Source: Candidatus Woesearchaeota archaeon CG1_02_57_44 | GTDB lineage: Archaea; Nanobdellota; Nanobdellia; Woesearchaeales; CG1-02-57-44 | Direction of reading: 5' to 3' | Assembly: GCA_001871415.1 (NCBI GenBank) | Contig: MNWW01000069.1 | Span: forward strand, 1 to 44,206 | DNA length: 44,206 nucleotides | Shown here: piece by piece, positions 38,555-44,206 of the stretch | Layout: each line of letters starts with the position of its first letter | Position numbering within the stretch: position 1 is the stretch's first letter | The notes under the pieces: model-generated | Seen by the model: the letters and a program-made list of their open reading frames with translations, nothing else | The model's database searches: none | What the model was told of the DNA's origin: nothing | Program-made: the position numbers and the translations under genes

Positions 38555-40611
38555 CAGTATCCCACCTTCGCGACCGCCATATTGCCGTTCATGTTCTCCG
38601 TGTCAGTGAATGTCCAGAGCACCTGGCCGTTCGTGCCGTTGAACGCACGGAGGGTATTGTCCCAGCCGTGGACGATGACATCGGCCTTGCTATTGTTATC
38701 CAGGTCAGCGAAGACCCAGTAGGTCATCTCATCAGTATGCGGCGCCGATGTGTACAATAGCTGACCAACATCATCCAGGACACGGTATGTCTTGTCATCA
38801 GCGAATCCATAGAGCACCTCGGGCCCGCTGTCGCCGAGCACATCATCGACGCCAAGGACGTAGGCGTTCGACCAGTCGGTCACATGGTGCCAGAGCGTCG
38901 TGCCGTCTGTGCCGTTGTAGGCCTGCAGATGCTGCGTCCAGTCGCCCATCACCACGAGGTCAGGAACGCCGTCGCCGGTGATATCGCCGATCGCGATGTT
39001 ATTCAGGGTGCCGGAGCTGTATGCCTCACTCGCCCACGCTTCCGATCCTGTGGCCCCGTCGAGCAGATACGCCTTGTTCTTCTTGCCGCCAACGACGATA
39101 TCAGCCCGGTCATCACCCGTGAAGTCCCGGGCAACAAGGGAGCTCTTGACCTGGTCGCCCCCTATGCTCAACTGATGCGTCCAGAGCACCGCGCCGCTCA
39201 CGCCAGTGAACGCGTAGACATCCTTGTTGCCCAGGTTGGCCACTGCGATATCGGCCACGTCGTCAGCGTCGAACCTTCCGGCTGCGATGACATCCAGGGC
39301 GTTCTTCGCGAAATCAGCAGACACCCACAGCTCTGCGCCCGTGGTCCCATTGAGCCTGTAGAGTTTCTTCTTGCTGCCGCCAACATACACGCTGCTGCCA
39401 TTAATGAGCATATTGCTCTGCAGGACATCGCTGCTGACGCTCAGGGAATGCGACCATCGGATGCTGCCATTGCTGCCATACAGGCCATAGATGGTGCCCT
39501 CGCCCTTCTTGCCGACGACAACATCATCAAGTCCATCACCGTCAAGATCACCCGCCGCAAGCGTATCAGGATAATACGATAGTTGCGGACTGGTCCACAT
39601 GAGTCCGCCTGTGCGATTGACCGCAATGACACGCTGCGGCCATTCCCAATCCGAGGCAATGATGGCAATGCGAAAACCATCAGCAGTGGCATTTGTGCTG
39701 TTGCTGCTGTTGGTGCTGTTGCTGGCATTGCTCGTGTTGGTCGCGACGACAAGGAAGGTCCAATTCACCGACCACCCGCTATGGGTGGCAGCGTCGATGG
39801 CCTTGCACCCCCATGCGTAGCTGCCGGCAGGATGAGCCGCGCCCCAGCTGCAGGAGCCATAGGTGCCCGATAGTGCGCAGGACGACTGCAGGGCCCAGCC
39901 GCTGAGATTCGACCAGAGCTGCAGCGATGAGAGAGAGGTCTCATCGGTCGCGTTGCAGGTGAACGATATGCTCACATTGCCGCCCGTCGCGTTCCACACC
40001 GTCGCGTTGTCAGGGACAAGAGCATTCGCTTCCGGCGGTATGCTGTCAGGCGATAGGCAGCCGCTGGTATCAAACGAGCAATTGCCCATGCACACCATGC
40101 TGCCGCCCGCATAGCCAAGACCGATGCAGGTCTGGCCAAGGCTTCCGTCACACTGCTCGCCCTGCTCGGTGATGCCATTGCCACAGACAGGCGCACTCTG
40201 GTTGACCGTGCTGGCATTACTGATGAGAACACCATCATCCGTCGACGTGACATACAGGTACTGGAATCCCTGCGTTGTAGGCAGTGCTCCTGCGACGGAA
40301 ACATCCACCGGGTGGTGGACCGCCTCACCATTGTCGAACACCAGTAGCAGGGAGCCATGTTGCACCTGTTGTGACGCGATGCCTGCGGGCAGCGTCACGG
40401 CGACGCGTGTCTGGCTGCCGACCCCTTGCTGATGCACGTATGCCGCAGCTTCTGCGATATCGCGCAGGGCAGCATTGGCCTGCGAGCGCGCAAGCTGGTT
40501 GCTCGCTGACGACAAGGTATCGCTCTGCAACGCGATGCTGGAGGCCAGTATGGCCAGGCCTGCAGCTAGCAGTATCAGTACTTCGACTCCTGCCTGACCC
40601 TTACGCATCAT
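38554..40611 (-). CDS. Pilin-like adhesin with Cys-rich repeat and FG-GAP/PQQ-like beta-propeller
   Basis: MRKG|QAGVE; CGNGITEQGEQCD; repeated DLDGDGLDDVVVG / DFTGDDRADIVVG / DITGDGVPDLVV blades. Confidence 0.88.
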   Translation of the reverse strand: MMRKGQAGVEVLILLAAGLAILASSIALQSDTLSSASNQLARSQANAALRDIAEAAAYVHQQGVGSQTRVAVTLPAGIASQQVQHGSLLLVFDNGEAVHHPVDVSVAGALPTTQGFQYLYVTSTDDGVLISNASTVNQSAPVCGNGITEQGEQCDGSLGQTCIGLGYAGGSMVCMGNCSFDTSGCLSPDSIPPEANALVPDNATVWNATGGNVSISFTCNATDETSLSSLQLWSNLSGWALQSSCALSGTYGSCSWGAAHPAGSYAWGCKAIDAATHSGWSVNWTFLVVATNTSNASNSTNSSNSTNATADGFRIAIIASDWEWPQRVIAVNRTGGLMWTSPQLSYYPDTLAAGDLDGDGLDDVVVGKKGEGTIYGLYGSNGSIRWSHSLSVSSDVLQSNMLINGSSVYVGGSKKKLYRLNGTTGAELWVSADFAKNALDVIAAGRFDADDVADIAVANLGNKDVYAFTGVSGAVLWTHQLSIGGDQVKSSLVARDFTGDDRADIVVGGKKNKAYLLDGATGSEAWASEAYSSGTLNNIAIGDITGDGVPDLVVMGDWTQHLQAYNGTDGTTLWHHVTDWSNAYVLGVDDVLGDSGPEVLYGFADDKTYRVLDDVGQLLYTSAPHTDEMTYWVFADLDNNSKADVIVHGWDNTLRAFNGTNGQVLWTFTDTENMNGNMAVAKVGY

Positions 40612-40645
40612 GCACCCCTTTTTGTCCTGTTGCCGTCAAAGGGCG

Positions 40646-40653
40646 TTATAAAG
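40646..40653 (-). promoter_or_regulatory. TATA box of the minor-pilin operon
   Basis: CTTTATAA on the minus strand about 35 nt upstream of ATG 40611. Confidence 0.55.
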
Positions 40654-40740
40654 CTTTCGCCGGTGCAGAGGGAAGAGACGCCCAACATCCTAAGGCAATG
40701 CAAAACGGCATGGCGTTGGATGTGAAGAGACAACGGAAAT

Positions 40741-40824
40741 GACAAAAGAAGAGACAGCAAAGGGCACAAGAGACAAAAGAAGAGACAGCAAAGAGCGCAG
40801 GAGACACAAGAAGAGACAGCAAAG
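40741..40824. repeat. 31-bp-period tandem repeat, three copies
   Basis: GACA(A/C)AAGAAGAGACAGCAAAG at 40741, 40772 and 40803. Confidence 0.9.
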
Positions 40825-40860
40825 GGAATAGGGGGCAAACGACCCAATAGGAGCAGACAG

Positions 40861-41820
40861 CTATGCCCAGCCCTTCTTGCGAAACCAGATGAGCAGCACG
40901 ATGCCTGTTCCCGCGATGAGCGTGAGGGCGAACGCGTACCCATAAGGCCACGTGAGCTCAGGCATGAATTTGAAGTTCATCCCATAAATGCCAGTGATGA
41001 GCGTCATGGGCATGAGGATACTGGCGAAGATGGTGAGCACTTTCATTATCTCGTTGAGCCGGTTGCTCTGCACGGACAGATACGCCTCCATGGTGCTGGC
41101 AAGGATGTCCCGATAGGTATCGACAGCCTCAGCGACCCGGATGATATGGTCGTACACATCGCGGTAATAGACGACGGCCTCTGCTGTAATGAAACCATTG
41201 CCCTTGGTGAGCTGCATGATGATCTCGCGCTGCGGCCAGATGATGCGACGCGCTTTGAGCAGCTCTTTCTTGATGCTGAGGATATCGTCCAGATGCTCAG
41301 CACCGCTGGTGAGGATGACCTCCTCTATCTCGTCCAGCCGGTCATCAAGCTTTTCGAGAAGAGGGAAAAGATTGTCCGTCTCTGTGTCGACGATGGCATG
41401 GACCAGGAAATCCAAACCTTTGCCCATAAGCAGTCCGATGCGCTCACGATGGTCGATAAGCCGATGCACGCTTTCCAATGGCTTCAGACGGCTCGTGACC
41501 AGGAAGTTCTTGCCCACCAGATAATCCATCTTGACCGGCTCGATATCCTTGGCGTGCGTGAGCGCGTAGAGGATGAGGTAATGATAGCCAGGATAGGACT
41601 CTAATTTGGCGCGCGTCTTGCTGTGGCTCATATCCTCGCAGACAAGCGGATGGATGGCCAATACCTCCTGCAAGATATGAAGCTCTTCGCTGCTGGGGCG
41701 TTCAAGGTCAAGCCATATAAGTGTACCACGACGTTTGAGCAGAGACGAGAGAAGCTGCTTGGAAAGCTTGTGCTCCCTGAGTGTGGCGCCCTTGCGCTCA
41801 TAGGAGAAGAGCGTGGTCAT
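40861..41820 (-). CDS. corA: Magnesium/cobalt transporter CorA
   Basis: IHPL..ED, YYRDVYDH, NEIMKVLT, YGMNF, MPEL. Confidence 0.97.
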   Translation of the reverse strand: MTTLFSYERKGATLREHKLSKQLLSSLLKRRGTLIWLDLERPSSEELHILQEVLAIHPLVCEDMSHSKTRAKLESYPGYHYLILYALTHAKDIEPVKMDYLVGKNFLVTSRLKPLESVHRLIDHRERIGLLMGKGLDFLVHAIVDTETDNLFPLLEKLDDRLDEIEEVILTSGAEHLDDILSIKKELLKARRIIWPQREIIMQLTKGNGFITAEAVVYYRDVYDHIIRVAEAVDTYRDILASTMEAYLSVQSNRLNEIMKVLTIFASILMPMTLITGIYGMNFKFMPELTWPYGYAFALTLIAGTGIVLLIWFRKKGWA

Positions 41821-41993
41821 GACTCACCTATGCCGCACAGGGTATATAATGGTTTCGGCGGCATTGCGCGAACAGCATAAGGACATCATCAGGCAATACG
41901 ACTTCTGCATGGTAGATACGGAGTTCAAGCTGGACCTGTACCCGCATGCCCTGCCAGCAAAGCTTTAAATAACACAAGTCACCGGTAGACTGC

Positions 41994-42311
41994 ATGTTCG
42001 AGATAGCCGTCACGGCCGTCAACGCGAGCGCGATACCCGTGCCCATAGAGACCATCATCGCCAGCATCCAGCACCTCTTCAGCATAGCCACCTGGCTTGT
42101 GGGAGGATTCTCCGGCCTGGCTGTCCTCTATGTCATCTACAGCTTCCTGCAATGGAGGGAACGATTGGCCGTGACAATCATGGTGCGCGATGTCAGAGCA
42201 TCAATAGCTGAAATCAAGGATCGGCTCGCCACGATAGAGCAGACGATCAGCGAGAACAGGCCAGAATCAAGAAAGAAGCAAAAGAAAAAAGCGAAAAAGA
42301 TACACCCCTGA
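41994..42311 (+). CDS. Hypothetical membrane protein
   Basis: TTTAAATA at 41964-41971; one TM, coiled coil and Lys-rich tail. Confidence 0.75.
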   Translation: MFEIAVTAVNASAIPVPIETIIASIQHLFSIATWLVGGFSGLAVLYVIYSFLQWRERLAVTIMVRDVRASIAEIKDRLATIEQTISENRPESRKKQKKKAKKIHP

Positions 42312-42611
42312 TATAGTTAATCCGGCGGGAGTTGATAATTTCTCACACATACCATTTACCATGAGCAGTTCTCTCGTGCATGGCGCTCTTTTGAGAGTCC
42401 CACCAGCAGCCTGCTTTTGCCAGACAGTCGCCCCCTTGCCCACGCAAACGACACATGCGCAGGGGATCGCTCATGGCTTTCACTGTCGCAATGGCTGGAT
42501 CTCAGGACAAAGCCCGTGCACCATGCAATCGTGTACGCACTGAGCCCACTTTACAGCGCCCATCCAGCAGGAGTGGCCAGGAACCTGCCTGTTGCCTGAA
42601 TGACTCGCATC

Positions 42612-43139
42612 TCAATGGATTGTCACAGAGGATAGGACCACCGGCTCATTCGGCCAGTCCATGGGGCCGACCTGGCCAGCGGCGATGGCATCCACGACAT
42701 CCATGCCCTGCGTCACCTTGCCGAACACCGCGTAGCCGTCTTGACCAGGAGCAGGATCAAGGAAGGTATTGTCCGCCAGATTGATGAAGAACTGGCTGGT
42801 TGCTGAGTTAGGGTCATTGGTGCGTGCCATGGCGATAGTGCCGCGCAGGTTGCTCTTGCCCGCCTCAAGGCCTATCGCATCGCGCGTCTGCTTCTGGGTG
42901 CCGTCCTGCGTGAACCCGCCGCCCTGGATGACAAAACCATGCACGACGCGATGGAAGATAGTGCCGTCATAGAAGCCATCCTTGGCATACTGCACGAAAT
43001 TGTCCACAGTCGCTGGCGCTGCCTTCGCGTCCAGCTCCACGACAATGTCGCCTTTGCTCGTGTGCAGGGTCGCCTGCCGCGCAGAGCAGCCCGCCAGCAG
43101 CATCAATGCCAGCAGCAATTGTATCATCTGCCATCTCAT
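42612..43139 (-). CDS. ppiA: Cyclophilin-type peptidyl-prolyl isomerase with lipoprotein-like signal
   Basis: FYDGTIFHRV, FVIQGGG, GTIAMART, ATSQFFIN, GYAVFG; LLAGC lipobox. Confidence 0.95.
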   Translation of the reverse strand: MRWQMIQLLLALMLLAGCSARQATLHTSKGDIVVELDAKAAPATVDNFVQYAKDGFYDGTIFHRVVHGFVIQGGGFTQDGTQKQTRDAIGLEAGKSNLRGTIAMARTNDPNSATSQFFINLADNTFLDPAPGQDGYAVFGKVTQGMDVVDAIAAGQVGPMDWPNEPVVLSSVTIH

Positions 43140-44062
43140 AGTATCACCTCTTGTAGTCGTTTAGCGAAATCAGGGAAGGGCATGCGCGCGGCCGTGTGCG
43201 CCAGCGCAACAGTATCACCATCGACGCCCCAGAGCCCGCGGACAATATCTGACGCAGGATACTCGCGGAGTAGACCAACACATCGTCGGAGATACTGGAT
43301 GCTCGGCGTGGTTGCCGCACCCCTTTGCTCAGAGCCAGCTGCATCACCCATCTGCGTGTACACGGCGACGCGTCTGTCCATGCGCTCTGCCTCCACGACC
43401 AGCGCATCCTCGATATGAGCAGGATCTCCAGCGAGATCCTCAGCGTCAAGGGCGTAGAGAGTCGATGCAAGGCCTGTCGCGCGACCTGCAGCGATGCCAT
43501 ACAATGAGCTCATGACACTCATCAACCCATAGCGGGTGCTGCTCGCCAGCGCGGCACGGATATCTTCCGCAGAGCCTCCGGCGTCCAGCACATGCTCAGC
43601 GACAGGGGTCACTCCGACCCGCAAGCAGAGGAATCGGTGATCAGGATGGGGAACGCCTATCTTGGCCATGAGTCTGCCATGATCGAGCAGGTCATCGACC
43701 GTCTGGGGGCCATCGACCATGCAGGCCCCGGTGCTGTCATACTGCATGGTCTCACAGAACGAGTCGAGTGCCGGGTCATAGAATGCCTGGGCGAATCCAT
43801 AACGCTCGCCGCTGAGGCACTCAGGCGCGTCGCGCCCATAGAGTGAAGTGTACAGTTCGGCCGCATCCGAAGGCAGCGCGTCAAGCGTATCCCACGCGAG
43901 GCTGGCGCGATGCGCTGCGAGCGCGAGATGCGAGTGGAGCCGCGGCGGGACCATGGCCCGGGCCTCAGGGAGCCCTTGCTCAGGACGATGCTGCTGCGCA
44001 TGGTCCAGCAGGTACGCGAGTCCTTGGGAGAGCTTCAGCCAATCAGGGACCGCCATTGCCAT
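43136..44062 (-). CDS. Hypothetical protein
   Basis: Long ORF whose stop overlaps the ppiA ATG (ATGA); start chosen from the upstream AT-rich box. Confidence 0.7.
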   Translation of the reverse strand: MAMAVPDWLKLSQGLAYLLDHAQQHRPEQGLPEARAMVPPRLHSHLALAAHRASLAWDTLDALPSDAAELYTSLYGRDAPECLSGERYGFAQAFYDPALDSFCETMQYDSTGACMVDGPQTVDDLLDHGRLMAKIGVPHPDHRFLCLRVGVTPVAEHVLDAGGSAEDIRAALASSTRYGLMSVMSSLYGIAAGRATGLASTLYALDAEDLAGDPAHIEDALVVEAERMDRRVAVYTQMGDAAGSEQRGAATTPSIQYLRRCVGLLREYPASDIVRGLWGVDGDTVALAHTAARMPFPDFAKRLQEVIL

Positions 44063-44206
44063 AGGGCATGCAATCTCACGGCCCTTTTTATTGCTTGCCC
44101 TGCGATAGGGCCAGAGGGGCACCCGCACTCATCTCGCAGCTGCATTGCCTGCAGGCGTTATGGCCTGTAAGCTTTTTATGCAACCAATGAATCTCCACCC
44201 CCATGG

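Noticed and set aside
40741..40824. Possible CRISPR mini-array
   Set aside because: Intervening segments are only 9 bp and resemble each other; no cas genes in the window
42598..42609. TGCGAGTCATTC shared with 10816-10827 as a dispersed element
   Set aside because: Only 12 bp, and the other copy derives from aIF-1A coding sequence; likely chance
42312..42610. Gene or RNase P RNA in the 300-nt gap
   Set aside because: Short ORFs lack recognisable motifs and the RNase P GAGGAAAGUCC-type consensus is not seen

Overview
A GC-rich archaeal chromosomal segment. The gene repertoire and the TATA-driven, mostly leaderless genes suggest a DPANN-type organism such as Woesearchaeota; this assignment is an inference. 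Housekeeping and cell-envelope genes are rps7/rps12, an APC permease fused to a SAM-methyltransferase fold, dph2, AlaX, a secreted S8 protease with SppA and an RDD protein, aIF-1A, proB, tRNA-Pro(CGG), two convergent DEAD-box helicases, valS, bud32, corA and a cyclophilin. There is also a BatA/vWA-MoxR-DUF58 operon, a doubly frameshifted archaellin, and a Tad-like type IV pilus locus of about 10.7 kb. No CRISPR array, rRNA or transposase gene was seen. The most unusual observations are: (1) tiny linker ORFs that overlap or abut both neighbouring genes at several operon junctions; (2) a pilin whose class III signal sits internally behind a secreted domain; (3) IS200/IS605-like nested hairpins at the window start; (4) repeated 18-31 bp tandem duplications. 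All calls come from reading motifs by eye; no searches were run.
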